A stretch of 64,000 bases of DNA, taken from an uncultured delta proteobacterium (GTDB lineage Bacteria > Myxococcota_A > Polyangia > Palsa-1104). The translations under genes were made by a program, and so were the position numbers. Under the pieces are notes generated by a model. The model was given only the letters and a program-made list of their open reading frames with translations, had not been told where the DNA came from and did no database searches. Below, piece by piece: positions 44,249 to 55,022 of this stretch (position 1 is the first letter of the stretch; every line of letters starts with the position of its first letter). Location: contig CAWAWS010000007.1 in the NCBI GenBank assembly GCA_963785725.1, positions 871,919 to 935,918 on the forward strand, given 5' to 3'.

Positions 44249-45413
44249 TCGGGCTACTGAATAGCTTTTCGAGCGACGAACGGTACCGGCTCCAAGCGAT
44301 TCCAGCGATCAAACCTAAAATGAAACCAGCGAGAATAATCTGTAATCGCGGCGGCCGACTCTTGTGTGTCGGCAAGGCTGCGTGATCGAGAATCTGAAAC
44401 GTCGAGGTGTCGCGAGCTTCGTTGACTTTGGCCATCTCGAATCGCTGTGTCAGCACCAAGAACACCGTCTCGGCAATCTTCTGCTGACGGTAGAGCTCGG
44501 TCATTTCGAATCGCAGCTTAGGCACCGTAGAGGCTTGCGGAAAGAGCGAGGAGCTCTGCTCGGCACGGCGTGCCTTGGCAGCGTCGGCGGTTGGTCTGGT
44601 CACCGGGCCGACATCGTTCTCGTAAGCTCCTTCGAGCGACTTCATCTTGGCGTCCATGACGGCAACTTGTCGACGAAGCTGCGCCGCCGTCGACTCGTCG
44701 CCGGCGGAGAACGAGGTCAGATAGGAAAGCTCCAGCTGCTTAGACAGGAGCTCACCCTTGAGAGACGCCATCGCCGAAACGAGCGCTTTGCTCTGTTCCG
44801 TGAGGTCGATGAGGTGGTTCTTCTCTTCGAAGGCGCGCACTCGCTGCGAGGCCGTCTCGACGTCATTCTTGGCTTCGGCTACGCGCTGCTCGAGAAATCG
44901 CCGCTCTTCGCCGGCCGTCGAAGCGGAGATTCGCCGGAAAACGATATTGCCAAATTCGCCGACATACTCGGCCATCGCTTGTGCCACGGCTGGATCTTTG
45001 TCCTCGCACGTGATGCTGACGACGCCCGGCTTCTTGTCGAGCTTCTCGACGCAATGCTGCCACAGCTCCTTGCGCGTGGCTTCGATGTACTTGTTGTCGT
45101 ATCTCTCGATGAGCCCGAACTTCTGGATGACCGCGTCCGTGACGGTGCGACTGCGCAGTACGGCGTAGATCCTCTCCGCGTCCGATCCGCCGCCGACGTC
45201 GATTGGCAGATCGATCGGCAGCGACCCGGCCAATCCCGCCAACGATCCCAGTCCGCCCTTGGACTGCGAGCTCGAGACGACCGATAGCTGCGCCTCGAAC
45301 CATGGAGGAGCCAGCATTGCGTAGGTCGTCGTCGCCAAGGCGCCGACGAGGACGAAAAGGAAGATCCCACGCCCGCCGGTGGGAATCATTCGAATGGCGC
45401 GCGGTGCGTTCAT
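44238..45413 (-). CDS. Polysaccharide chain-length determinant (Wzz/Wzc-N type, no kinase domain)
   Basis: Terminal TM helices, coiled coil, VLRSRTV, FQILDHAALPTHKSRPPR. Confidence 0.88.
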   Translation of the reverse strand: MNAPRAIRMIPTGGRGIFLFVLVGALATTTYAMLAPPWFEAQLSVVSSSQSKGGLGSLAGLAGSLPIDLPIDVGGGSDAERIYAVLRSRTVTDAVIQKFGLIERYDNKYIEATRKELWQHCVEKLDKKPGVVSITCEDKDPAVAQAMAEYVGEFGNIVFRRISASTAGEERRFLEQRVAEAKNDVETASQRVRAFEEKNHLIDLTEQSKALVSAMASLKGELLSKQLELSYLTSFSAGDESTAAQLRRQVAVMDAKMKSLEGAYENDVGPVTRPTADAAKARRAEQSSSLFPQASTVPKLRFEMTELYRQQKIAETVFLVLTQRFEMAKVNEARDTSTFQILDHAALPTHKSRPPRLQIILAGFILGLIAGIAWSRYRSSLEKLFSSPTNA

Positions 45414-46999
45414 TTGAACGCGACCAGGTAGACCAGCGTAAAGGTGCTCACGAAGAGTCCGGCGCCGGCCAGAACGAGCGAGACGACCTCGGAGCGGGAG
45501 AACGACCGCTCGGGAACCACGACCGTGTCGCCGGGATCGAGAATCAGGTTGGGACTGAACCGTCGTTCGTGACCGTCCGCGGTGACGATGCGATAGTTGT
45601 CGGGACTTTGTGCCGCCGAGCGCGGCCCGCCCGCCAGACCGACATATTGACCTGCGCGCAGGCTCGGATTGTGGGGATAGATCGACGGCTTGAGAACCGA
45701 GCCCTCGACTGCGACGCCGCGACGACGTTGCGGAATGACGATGGAGTCACCGACCGACAGCGGTCGATCGGCCGACAGATCGCGCCGCACGAGTAGTGCT
45801 TCCAAGTCGACGGGGACGATCTTGCCACTCTCGCTGCGGATATAACCGGATTTGAGATCGGCGGAGGCGCCTACTTCGCCGATTTGCTCGAGCATCAAGC
45901 GGACTGTCGCGCCCTCGAAGTATGGCATGCGGCGAACCGCCGTGACTTCGTCGACGTTGGTCGCGCCCGGTACCGGGCCGACGAACAAAATGCTCTGTTG
46001 CCGCTCGGCGGCGTCGGCGACCGAAACGATGTCGCCGTCGTGCAGCGGCGCGTTGGGCAGCGAGCCGTCAGGCGGAAAAGGAATCGTAATGTGCTTTTCG
46101 CTGTCGTTGGGTTCGCGGCGCAAGATGCCGATCGGCACCGTCGTCGCTCGGGACGGCTTGAACCCGCCCCCGAGTGTCAACAACTCGGCGAGATCGTCGC
46201 TCGCGACCAACTCGTAGTGTCCAGGTCGGTTCACTGCGCCGTTGAGCGTGGCCGCCAGCGTGAGGTTAGGGACATTGATGATGTCACCGTCCGCTAGAGG
46301 CGGATTGTATTTGAGGTCGCCGGTCAGCTCGTAAAGCACGAGATCGGCGGTCAACTTGGATCCGTCACGACGACGAATCTCGATCTTCCGTCGCGAGCCG
46401 TTGGTGCCCGGGCTCGCGGCGGCGACGATCGTCGAGACCGACTGCAGCGGTGTCGCTGGGTAGCTTCCCGGCTTCTTGACGTTGCCTACGACGTGGACGA
46501 GGAAGGTGCGCGGAATTGCCAGGCTGAAGTCGAAGTTCAAACCCGGGTAATAACGATGAACCGCCTTTTTGATGATCTCGCGCGCCTCGGCCAACGTCTT
46601 TCCGACGACCTCGACATATCCGATCTTGGGGATAAAGGTTCGCCCTTCGAGATCCGCGGTGACACGGACTTTGAAGTTTTGCTGCCCCCAAAAGTTGAAG
46701 TCGAACGTGTCGCCACGCCCGCAAATGTAGCGCTGAGGGTCGAGCGGTCCTTCGAGCGCGATGGGCGGAGGGGGGATTGCCGCGCTGTTCGCGGCGCCGC
46801 GCTCCGGTTGCAAGACTTCGGGATCGGTCGTGTGCAGACTCACAGTGGGCGTGAAGCTCGACGATTTCTCGGCCTTCTCGGGATCCGTCTGCTGTGCGTA
46901 GGCCGGCAATGCAACGATCGCTGCCGTAAGGAACGCGCCGATGCATCTAATTGAAAGCATTGGGTAGATCAGCGTAACAGTGTCACGCGGAGGTGTCAA
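45410..46999 (-). CDS. Polysaccharide export protein with SLBB repeats (Wza/KpsD-like)
   Basis: YICGRGD..FWG, IPKIGYVEVVGKTL, VHVVGNVKKPGSY, GAVNRPGHYEL, LDPGDTVVVPE. Start may be 46960. Confidence 0.88.
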   Translation of the reverse strand: MTPPRDTVTLIYPMLSIRCIGAFLTAAIVALPAYAQQTDPEKAEKSSSFTPTVSLHTTDPEVLQPERGAANSAAIPPPPIALEGPLDPQRYICGRGDTFDFNFWGQQNFKVRVTADLEGRTFIPKIGYVEVVGKTLAEAREIIKKAVHRYYPGLNFDFSLAIPRTFLVHVVGNVKKPGSYPATPLQSVSTIVAAASPGTNGSRRKIEIRRRDGSKLTADLVLYELTGDLKYNPPLADGDIINVPNLTLAATLNGAVNRPGHYELVASDDLAELLTLGGGFKPSRATTVPIGILRREPNDSEKHITIPFPPDGSLPNAPLHDGDIVSVADAAERQQSILFVGPVPGATNVDEVTAVRRMPYFEGATVRLMLEQIGEVGASADLKSGYIRSESGKIVPVDLEALLVRRDLSADRPLSVGDSIVIPQRRRGVAVEGSVLKPSIYPHNPSLRAGQYVGLAGGPRSAAQSPDNYRIVTADGHERRFSPNLILDPGDTVVVPERSFSRSEVVSLVLAGAGLFVSTFTLVYLVAFK

Positions 47000-47088
47000 C
47001 CTCGCAGCCGACAGGCGGACGCCGGAACTCTCGCTCGGCCTGCTATGATCGCGCTGTGCAGTGGAGCGTCGCGAGCCTACGGTCGGCC

Positions 47089-48393
47089 ATGAAGAGGATC
47101 AGCTCGCGTCCTGGTGCTCGACGGCTCGCGGGAGATGGCGCTTGGACGATGGCGGGTCAGCTAGCGGCCGCGCTAGGAATGCTCGTGGGAACGCGAATCC
47201 TGACCGAGGTCGTCTCTCCGAGCATCTTTGGTGCCGTCAGCTTGCTGGTAGGCACAGCGACCCTCGCTTACAACGTCTTCCCCGTTCCCATTGGACAGGC
47301 CGCGCTTCGCTATTATCCGGAAGCTGCCACGAACGGTTTATTGGCTCCCTTTACGCGCGTGCTGCGTTCCTACTTCGTCCGCGCAACGGGCCTGTTGGTG
47401 CTCGCGGCCCTCCTGACAGGCGCCGTCTTTCGCAAGACGCTGCACCAGGACTACTCGGAATTCGTAGCTTTGGGTGCGCTCATGGCCGCGGACATCGCGC
47501 GTACCTTCGGTCAATGCCTGTTGAATGCCGCGCGACATCAGCGGGCCTATGCCGTGTGGTCAGCAGCGGAGGCTTGGCTACGGCCATTGATCGCGGTGAC
47601 CCTGGTCGTCCTGTTAGGCGCGTCGGTGACGCACGTGCTGGCTGGCTATTGTGCCGCGACCGCGCTCATGTTCGCCTTGATGTATCGCACCGCCGTGCCG
47701 TCGACGAAGGTTCCCGCGTCCGACGAGCGAGCGACGCTTGGCCTCGGGCGAAGCCTGCTCAGCTACGCGTTGCCTCTGACGCCGATCGCGTTCGTCAATT
47801 GGATCTCGTCTTCGAGTGACCGCTATCTGATCGGCTGGACCCATGGGCTCGATGAGGTCGGTACATACTCGGCGGGGTATGGCTTGGCCGCGCGTCCGGC
47901 CATCGTCCTCTCACTCACTCTGATCACGGTCTTGCGACCGATTTACTACAGTGCGGTCTCGAGCACCGATCGACAAGGAGCCGCGCGCACGCTGCGACTT
48001 TGGCTGTTGCTTTCGTTGGGCCTCGGTTTGGCACTCACGGCGCTCGTCTATGTAACGCGACATTGGCTGGTCCTATTGGCATTGAGCCCACGCTATCGCG
48101 CCGCGGCGGAGCTGTTGCCGCCCATCGCGCTCGGCTACGTGTTCCTCTCGATCGCGCAGATGTACGAGACGGTTTGCCTCGCCTACAAGCGGCCGGGGCT
48201 AGTAACCGCGATCGAGGTCGGGGGCGCGCTGGTCAGCCTCGCCATCGAGATTCCACTCATTTGGTCTAGAGGTGCGGTCGGCGCAGCCTGGTCAGTTCCG
48301 GCTTATTACGGCGCGCAAATGATCTTGGCCGCGTTCATCGCGCGCTCGGTCGTCAAACGAGCTGATGCTGCTCCAAGTACCGTCCGAGAATGA
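47089..48393 (+). CDS. wzx: Wzx-type oligosaccharide flippase
   Basis: About 12 TM segments; SSSDRYLIG...EVGTYSAGY; GAVGAAWS. Start approximate. Confidence 0.85.
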   Translation: MKRISSRPGARRLAGDGAWTMAGQLAAALGMLVGTRILTEVVSPSIFGAVSLLVGTATLAYNVFPVPIGQAALRYYPEAATNGLLAPFTRVLRSYFVRATGLLVLAALLTGAVFRKTLHQDYSEFVALGALMAADIARTFGQCLLNAARHQRAYAVWSAAEAWLRPLIAVTLVVLLGASVTHVLAGYCAATALMFALMYRTAVPSTKVPASDERATLGLGRSLLSYALPLTPIAFVNWISSSSDRYLIGWTHGLDEVGTYSAGYGLAARPAIVLSLTLITVLRPIYYSAVSSTDRQGAARTLRLWLLLSLGLGLALTALVYVTRHWLVLLALSPRYRAAAELLPPIALGYVFLSIAQMYETVCLAYKRPGLVTAIEVGGALVSLAIEIPLIWSRGAVGAAWSVPAYYGAQMILAAFIARSVVKRADAAPSTVRE

Positions 48394-50218
48394 ACAAGCT
48401 CCACGGTCGGAAGAAGCCGATCGCTTCAGGCCGCGAACGGAATCGCGACCACACTTCGCGCACGCGAGCTTCGTCGAAGAGGGGATGCCTTGCGATCGTG
48501 TCGATGCCGGCGCTGACTTGATCACGCAGCTCATGAAGCATCCAACGCTCGAACGGCATCGCGAATCCTTGCTTTGGTCGCTCGACGTTTTCGCGCGGCA
48601 CCAAGTCACCTAACGCGTCGGCGAGCCATTTTTTCGGGTAAAGCCCAGGCTCGCGAACCGATTCGTCGAAGGACAGGGCGAGATCGGTCAGCTCGGCGTC
48701 GAGAAAAGGCAGCCGAATCTCCAGGCTGCGGCTCATTCCCATGACGTCGGCATCACGCAACAGCAGCTCGCCCATGTAGGCCTCGAGCTCGAGCTCGCTG
48801 ACTGCATCCAACACTCCGCGCCCAACCGCGACCGCTTCGAGGGCGGCCAACCGCTCCGGCGGAACTCCTGAGATCCAGCGCTCTCGACCGAGTGCCGGCG
48901 CGAGCGCGGCGACTTGTCGCGATGTGAAGCTCTTGCGCCGAGCGAGATATATTGGAACGACACCGGCGGGCGCATCGAGCAGCTCGATCAGCTTGGCAGG
49001 CAGGCGGCTGAAGCGTTCGTTGATCGACAAGAGACGCGTTGCCTGTCGTCGCAACGAGCGCGGCACCCGCTGCACGTGCACGAAACGGCGGATGTCCGCG
49101 AACGTCGGGTAGCCGCCGAACAGCTCGTCTCCCCCGACGCCGGAGAGGACGACTGTCAAACCCGCTGCGCGCGCTGCGTGCGAAACGACGAAGGTGTTGA
49201 TCGCGTCACCCGTCGGCTGATCCATCGAGTCGAGCGCGGTTGGCAACAGTCGGAGAATCTCGACAGCGGTGACCGGAATCTCCCGATGGTCGGTGCCGAA
49301 TCGTTCGGCCACGCGGCGCGCGTGTGGCGCTTCCGACGCTTGTGGATCGTCGGGAAAGGTGACGCAAAGTGAAGTGACGCGAGAGCGGCTGAGGGTTGCG
49401 GCGGCGGCGGTGATGGCCGACGAATCGAGACCGCCCGACAGGAACATCCCGATCGGAGCGTCGCTGACGAGGTGCCGCTCGACTGCTGCCATGAACGATC
49501 TACGCAGCAGCGCCGAGTCTGCGTGACGCTCGAGGTGCGATGGCGACCAGTAAGATCGAACATTCGAGGCGCGCTCGCGCACGGTGAAATTCAAAGCCGA
49601 CGCGCGCGGTAGCAGCGAGACGCCACGAACGATCGTCGACGGACCCTGCGTCGCGCCGAAGGACAGGAAGCCCTGAACACCCGCCGGATCGAGATGGCGG
49701 GGGATGAGATCGGACGCCAGCAACGCGCGCACTTCCGAAGCAAAGATGATGTGCTCGCCAAACCGCGCCCAATAGAGCGGCTTTTGGCCGAAGCGATCAC
49801 GCGCCAACAAGAGCTGCTGCTCGACCTCGTCCCAGAGCGCGAGCGCGAACATCCCGTTGAGCTGGGCGAGCCCTTCGGCTTTGCTTCGCGCCAACACGTG
49901 CAGGACGATCTCGGTGTCGCCAGTCGAGGTCAGCGTCTGCCCCGTCTGCTCGAGCGTGCGGCGCAGCTCGCGAAAGTTGTAAACCTCTCCGTTGTAGCTC
50001 AGGGCAAATCGGGCATCGGGCGAGCACATCGGCTGCGCCGCGGCGGTGCTGACGTCGAGGATCGCGAGGCGACGATGCCCGAGGACGCAGTTTCCGCTGG
50101 GCGCGACGTAGATTCCGCTGCCGTCGGGACCGCGGTGCTCGAGCGCTTTCACCATGCGACCGACATGCTCATGATAGTCAGCGGCGCTGGGGCCGACGAT
50201 GCCGGCGATTCCACACAT
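48353..50218 (-). CDS. asnB: Asparagine synthase (glutamine-hydrolysing) family amidotransferase
   Basis: MCGIAG, HRGPD, GHRRLAILD, YNGEVYNF, FLSGGLDSS, SGVGGDELFGGY, EIRLPFLD, RPKQGF. Confidence 0.95.
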   Translation of the reverse strand: MCGIAGIVGPSAADYHEHVGRMVKALEHRGPDGSGIYVAPSGNCVLGHRRLAILDVSTAAAQPMCSPDARFALSYNGEVYNFRELRRTLEQTGQTLTSTGDTEIVLHVLARSKAEGLAQLNGMFALALWDEVEQQLLLARDRFGQKPLYWARFGEHIIFASEVRALLASDLIPRHLDPAGVQGFLSFGATQGPSTIVRGVSLLPRASALNFTVRERASNVRSYWSPSHLERHADSALLRRSFMAAVERHLVSDAPIGMFLSGGLDSSAITAAAATLSRSRVTSLCVTFPDDPQASEAPHARRVAERFGTDHREIPVTAVEILRLLPTALDSMDQPTGDAINTFVVSHAARAAGLTVVLSGVGGDELFGGYPTFADIRRFVHVQRVPRSLRRQATRLLSINERFSRLPAKLIELLDAPAGVVPIYLARRKSFTSRQVAALAPALGRERWISGVPPERLAALEAVAVGRGVLDAVSELELEAYMGELLLRDADVMGMSRSLEIRLPFLDAELTDLALSFDESVREPGLYPKKWLADALGDLVPRENVERPKQGFAMPFERWMLHELRDQVSAGIDTIARHPLFDEARVREVWSRFRSRPEAIGFFRPWSLFILGRYLEQHQLV

Positions 50219-50224
50219 CGTGCG

Positions 50225-51259
50225 TTACTCCAACCCGCCGAGAAAACGCTGTAGATGCGGCACGAATCGCTCTTTGAAGGCACTGAAGCGGAAATGCTGC
50301 GCCCAACGTTGCTGCGCCTGCGCGCCCATCTGTCGTGCGTGATCGCGATCGCGCAAGAGCTCGATGATCCGTTCGGCGAGCTGGCCCGGTCGATCGAGGT
50401 CGACGTTGTAGCCGGTTTGGCCGTCTAGCGTAATCTCCTGCGCCGCGTCGTGGACGGAGGCGATGATCGGCAGCCCATGACGCATGGCTTCGATGTAAAC
50501 GAGGCCGAACCCTTCCCCGCGGCTGGGCATCGCGAAAGCCGTTGCGCTAGCGTAGAGGGCGTCCATTTCGTGCTCGGGAACGAAGCCGCGCAGGACCACG
50601 CGATCCGGACAGCCTGCGCGCGTAACGAGATGTCCCAGCTTGTCGCTGTCGCGACCGGCGATGACCAGCTCGGCGTCGGGCACCGCGGTCAAGACCTGAG
50701 GCCAACACGCAATCAGCTCCGCATGACCTTTGTAGGCGTCGGCGACCCTACCGCAGAACAGGATGCGCGGTCGCGTCCCGTTGGCCGTGATCGCGGCGGG
50801 CGGATCATCGGTCTCCGTGGCCAACCAACAGACGCTGGCTTGCGCAAACGGCCCATGCGTTTCTTGGGCTCGATCGAGCGTGTAGCGCGAGTTGGTGAGC
50901 AGCCGTGCCGCTCGCCTGGCCCAGCGAACGCGGTCTTGTCTCGATCGGTCCCATATCTCGACGCCGTGGAGATAGGTCATGAAGGGGCGGTCGAGCCCTG
51001 GAATCCGATTGTGCGCTCGCGACATGCCGACGAAGTCGTAAATGAAGTGACTGTGTCGAAGGGCCGCCGCATGCACGCTCGCGAAAAAACGCAGCCGCGA
51101 CTTCTGCGCGCTGGCGACCGCGAACTGGAATTCGTGCGGCGCACACGCCGGATCGAGCAGCACCGTGGCGTCGAAGCTTCCGGTGCCCGCGAGAGTCTCC
51201 TGCGTGACCCGTGCAATTAGCCTCGCCACGCGCGCGATACCGCCGTTACCCGCAACCAA
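50225..51259 (-). CDS. GT4 glycosyltransferase
   Basis: GGIARV, YLHGVE, YKGH, FAMPSRGEGFGLVYIEAM. Start uncertain. Confidence 0.9.
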   Translation of the reverse strand: MVAGNGGIARVARLIARVTQETLAGTGSFDATVLLDPACAPHEFQFAVASAQKSRLRFFASVHAAALRHSHFIYDFVGMSRAHNRIPGLDRPFMTYLHGVEIWDRSRQDRVRWARRAARLLTNSRYTLDRAQETHGPFAQASVCWLATETDDPPAAITANGTRPRILFCGRVADAYKGHAELIACWPQVLTAVPDAELVIAGRDSDKLGHLVTRAGCPDRVVLRGFVPEHEMDALYASATAFAMPSRGEGFGLVYIEAMRHGLPIIASVHDAAQEITLDGQTGYNVDLDRPGQLAERIIELLRDRDHARQMGAQAQQRWAQHFRFSAFKERFVPHLQRFLGGLE

Positions 51260-51312
51260 TGATGCGGCCGCGAGATGAACACGTGGTGCTCGCGAGCTGT
51301 AAGCGTTTGCGC

Positions 51313-52851
51313 TCAGGACATACTCGGCAATGTCGGCGGGTCAGCGACGGGGATCGCGCCGTCGCTCGCGTTGGGCGTATCCCAGTGGCGAAACACGACG
51401 CGTGAGATGAACAGGTAGTAGCCGATCGTGAGACCGATCATGGTCACGTAGGTGAGGACGAATAGATCATCGGGACGCCCGCCAATGTAGATGCCGACGA
51501 ACGCGCAGGGAAGCCAACGAAAGTCGAGTCGTTCGATGGCGTTGACGGTGAGCCGCGTAAAGACGCCGAACAAGGCTCCGACGTAGACGCACGTGATCAA
51601 CACGAGCAGCCAGCCGCCGTTCCAATAGGCCTCTGCGAAGATTCCCGGCGCACTCGAGCTCTGGTCGTTGCCGGTAATCATCTCGTTGAATTCGTGGCCG
51701 GTCGAGATCTCCGGCTTGTCCGGCCACAACGCACGTGGAACGAAGGACAAGAGCGCGTTGCCGAAGGTATCGCCGGGACGAGCATTGTCGTATTCGTTCA
51801 TGGCGAACGCCTGCGCGTTGGCGTAATTCAGTCGGAACCACCACAATTGAACTTGGTCGCTGGTTCCGGCGATCGAAGTGTCGCTTTGACCCGAGCCAAA
51901 GACATACGCGGAAAGCAGGGCGACGCGCGCTTCGAAGCCTTGGGTCTCGGTGGGAACGTCCGCGAGCTGCTCGCGCATTCGGAGAACGAAAGGCGCCATC
52001 GCCAAATAGAACACGATGCCGACGACGCCGACCGTGATGAAATAACGCAGTCGCGGTCGCGCGATGTACCAGCCGAGGAAGATCATCAAGATCGTGATCA
52101 GCGACTCCATTTTGGAGAAGGTGACGAGCGAAACGGCGAGCTCCGAGATGACCAGCGCCAGTGTCCAAAAGCCGAACTTGATCTCTCCCCGTGCATAAAG
52201 GAACGAGAGCGTGAACAGGGCCAGCGACGAGAACATCGCCAATTGCTGCACGCTGCCTGGAACCGTAAAAGATAGGATCAAGAACTGAGACGGCAGCGTG
52301 AGGAAGTATTTGACGGGCAGCCCGATGATCACGAAGAACAGAACCAGACGCAGCAGCTGCGCGCGGCTGGCGGGAACCGGCTGAGCGACCGCTTGCCGCC
52401 AGCGCGCAATCACGATGGCGCTCGAGAAACAGATGAGCCCGATGGCAACGGCGTTCAACAGGTTCGTGCGCAGAAGGCTGGCTTCGTCGACGTAGAAGAA
52501 AGCGTGCGTGAACGCGATCGTCTCTTCGTTGGCCGCGTGATAGATGAGCGGGCCCACTCCGAAGTAGGCGGCACAGGCGAGAAAGAACCACGGCAACGGC
52601 GTCAACATGAGCAAATGGCAGCGGCGCACGGTCAAGAACGCGCAGACGACGCAGAGTGCCGCAAGCACACCCGGCAGCGAAGAGTTGGCGAGTACTAACG
52701 TGCTCGAGGAGCCGTCGCTGGCGGCGCCGACGTAAAGAGCCGTGAGAGTCGCGCAGCAGGCCGCGGCGATGCGCAGCGTTCGAATCGCGGCGGACAGGTC
52801 GGCGGCGCGGGGCGGCTTGGGCGCGCCTGCATGGAGGTCGGTTGACGTCAT
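51313..52851 (-). CDS. Multi-TM protein, probable Wzy-type polymerase
   Basis: 11-12 TM segments, large loop, FVPRALWPDKP, PGIFAEAYWNGGW; sits among glycosyltransferase genes. Confidence 0.7.
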   Translation of the reverse strand: MTSTDLHAGAPKPPRAADLSAAIRTLRIAAACCATLTALYVGAASDGSSSTLVLANSSLPGVLAALCVVCAFLTVRRCHLLMLTPLPWFFLACAAYFGVGPLIYHAANEETIAFTHAFFYVDEASLLRTNLLNAVAIGLICFSSAIVIARWRQAVAQPVPASRAQLLRLVLFFVIIGLPVKYFLTLPSQFLILSFTVPGSVQQLAMFSSLALFTLSFLYARGEIKFGFWTLALVISELAVSLVTFSKMESLITILMIFLGWYIARPRLRYFITVGVVGIVFYLAMAPFVLRMREQLADVPTETQGFEARVALLSAYVFGSGQSDTSIAGTSDQVQLWWFRLNYANAQAFAMNEYDNARPGDTFGNALLSFVPRALWPDKPEISTGHEFNEMITGNDQSSSAPGIFAEAYWNGGWLLVLITCVYVGALFGVFTRLTVNAIERLDFRWLPCAFVGIYIGGRPDDLFVLTYVTMIGLTIGYYLFISRVVFRHWDTPNASDGAIPVADPPTLPSMS

Positions 52852-52902
52852 AGCGAACGGTCGCGCTTTCCACTGATGGCGTGGAGAACTCGGCGCGAGG
52901 CT

Positions 52903-53838
52903 TTATTGCGCGGCGGGAGCACGACGAAAGAGGGCAAGCTCCAGATTGACACCGCGGACGCTTGGGAGGCGACAGAGCAGAGCGTCTGCGGGCCGCAGTG
53001 AGCTCGCGAGCAAGGCACCGAAAGAGTTTCGGAGTGGGCCGGGCGTGATGCGGATCGTCTTCTGCAGGATTCGCCAGGTGGCATACAGCGCTTCGTCTTG
53101 CAGGTGAAAACCGGGCCGCCGAATCGGATCGCCCAGGATCGCGAAGACCGTCTCGCGATCGACCGCCTCGAATCCTCGTTTGCGCAAGACTTCGAGATAG
53201 GTCGACAAGGGACGGCGGCGCACATGCGCTTCGATCTGCACGGGCTTGTCGACGAAGATGTCCGACACGAGCAGAAGGCCGCCGGGCGCGACGAGCTCTG
53301 CCAGTTGGGCGAGCGCGCTCTCGAACCCTTTGTCATCGGTCAGATGGTAAAGAACGTCGATCGCGGAGACCAAATCGAATCGACGGTTCGTATCGAGTGG
53401 CCACTGGCGGGCGTCGCTCGTCAGGTCGAGAACGTGAAACTCGCCTTCGGGATGGCTCGCGCGCAAATGATCGATGGCGCCTTCGGAGATGTCCACGCCA
53501 ACCCAGCGCTCGCAGCCGAAGTCGCGCCACAGCGGGCCGTATGCTCCGACGCCGACCGCGGCTTCGAGAACGCTCGGGAACGTGGTGTTTCTCCGCTCGA
53601 GAAGATGTTTGGTAGCTTCCAAGCGGCGCGTGTAGGCGACTTGATTGAAGCCGATACCCAGCGCCGGATAGCCGACGGCCGAGAGCTCGCCGACGTGCGT
53701 ATCGTGCAGGTGGGACCAGTATCCGCGGTTCTGATAGCTCAAGCCTGTCGAGCTTACGCGCGTCGAAGGAAACGCGCAAACGCGTTTTACGACAGCGTCT
53801 TGATGAGATCGGCGCAGCGTGAAAAGTGATCGGCCCAA
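52903..53838 (-). CDS. Class I SAM-dependent methyltransferase
   Basis: VLEAAVGVG, GVDISE, FDLVSAIDVLYHL, PGGLLLVSD. True start probably downstream of 53838. Confidence 0.85.
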   Translation of the reverse strand: MGRSLFTLRRSHQDAVVKRVCAFPSTRVSSTGLSYQNRGYWSHLHDTHVGELSAVGYPALGIGFNQVAYTRRLEATKHLLERRNTTFPSVLEAAVGVGAYGPLWRDFGCERWVGVDISEGAIDHLRASHPEGEFHVLDLTSDARQWPLDTNRRFDLVSAIDVLYHLTDDKGFESALAQLAELVAPGGLLLVSDIFVDKPVQIEAHVRRRPLSTYLEVLRKRGFEAVDRETVFAILGDPIRRPGFHLQDEALYATWRILQKTIRITPGPLRNSFGALLASSLRPADALLCRLPSVRGVNLELALFRRAPAAQ

Positions 53839-54932
53839 GTGCTCGCGCTGGCCCTCACGTGCGCTTGGGCGCGCTCACCATGGGCGACGCGTTCGCTCGG
53901 ATCAGTGGCTGCCTTTTCCAAGGAGTCCGCCATAAGGTCGGGCTCGAACGGCCGCACGAAGGTCGCACAGTCGCCGCACAGCTCGCGTGCGATCGGAATG
54001 TCGGTGATGACGCTGGAGAGGCCCGCGGCCATCGCTTCCAAATAGGGATGGCCGAAAGACTCTGTCAGCGTGTGCCAAGCAAAGACATCGTGCTCCGCCA
54101 GCAGTTGCGGCAGCTCGTCGTGGCGCACGCGCGCTATGCAGCGCAGCCAAGGCTCGCCGGCGAGTCGGTTCGCCCACTCCACGTCTTGGGAGGTCGGTGG
54201 GCCGTGCGCCGGTTTCTTCGGATCGTCGAGCAGTGTCAGCGTCGCACGAATGCCGCGGCGGCGGATCTTCGCGACCGCAGCCAATATCGGCCAAACGGGC
54301 TTGTGGTAGCCGATGAGGGAATGACAAATGATGCGCAGCGTGCCCCGCTCGCTGGGAACGCGTCGTGTGGCCGCCGCTGAGAAATTCTGGAGGCTCACGC
54401 CGTAAGGATTGACCACGATTTTGGACGCGAGGTCGGGTCGTTGCGCCACCACCAGATCGCGCATCGTCCGCGAAGGAGTCATGATCGTCCGAGCAACGTC
54501 GCAAGATGCGAGCGTCAGGCCGCGGCGAATCTCGAGCCCGATTCGCGCTGCTGGCGCGAGATGCGGCGAGTGTTCCGCGTCGGTGAGCGGATCGAGGTAG
54601 ACGGCATTGCGAACCAACAAGAGCTGCGGCACTTGCCGGTCTATCAGCGTGAAGTTCGCCGTGGCAAAGAGGACAGCGGAGGGATCGCGCTTCAACAGCG
54701 AGTACAAGAGCCGCGTTTCGGCCGCGATGCGTCCTTCTTCGACCGTTTCCATGCGCAGCAGACCGGTCGAATCGTGCGCGACTCTTTGCGCGACGATCTC
54801 GGGCGCAACCAAGGTCGTCCGCGCGGGCGCCATCGCCATCGGCAAGCGGCGCGCTAGCTCGTTCGTGTACGTGAGGATGCCTCCCAGATGCGCGGGGATG
54901 GCGTTGACGATGAGTGGACGGAGCATGCGCAC
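53787..54932 (-). CDS. GT4 glycosyltransferase
   Basis: GGILTY, TPSRTM, NPYGV, YHKP, ESFGHPYLEAMAAG. Confidence 0.88.
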   Translation of the reverse strand: MRMLRPLIVNAIPAHLGGILTYTNELARRLPMAMAPARTTLVAPEIVAQRVAHDSTGLLRMETVEEGRIAAETRLLYSLLKRDPSAVLFATANFTLIDRQVPQLLLVRNAVYLDPLTDAEHSPHLAPAARIGLEIRRGLTLASCDVARTIMTPSRTMRDLVVAQRPDLASKIVVNPYGVSLQNFSAAATRRVPSERGTLRIICHSLIGYHKPVWPILAAVAKIRRRGIRATLTLLDDPKKPAHGPPTSQDVEWANRLAGEPWLRCIARVRHDELPQLLAEHDVFAWHTLTESFGHPYLEAMAAGLSSVITDIPIARELCGDCATFVRPFEPDLMADSLEKAATDPSERVAHGERAQAHVRASASTWADHFSRCADLIKTLS

Positions 54933-55022
54933 GCGTCAGTTTACCCTGCGGCGCTCGCGACGTTTCGCAATTCCGCGCGCGCGAATCGCGCTCGCACGCG
55001 TGTGCTATGATCGCGGGCGACC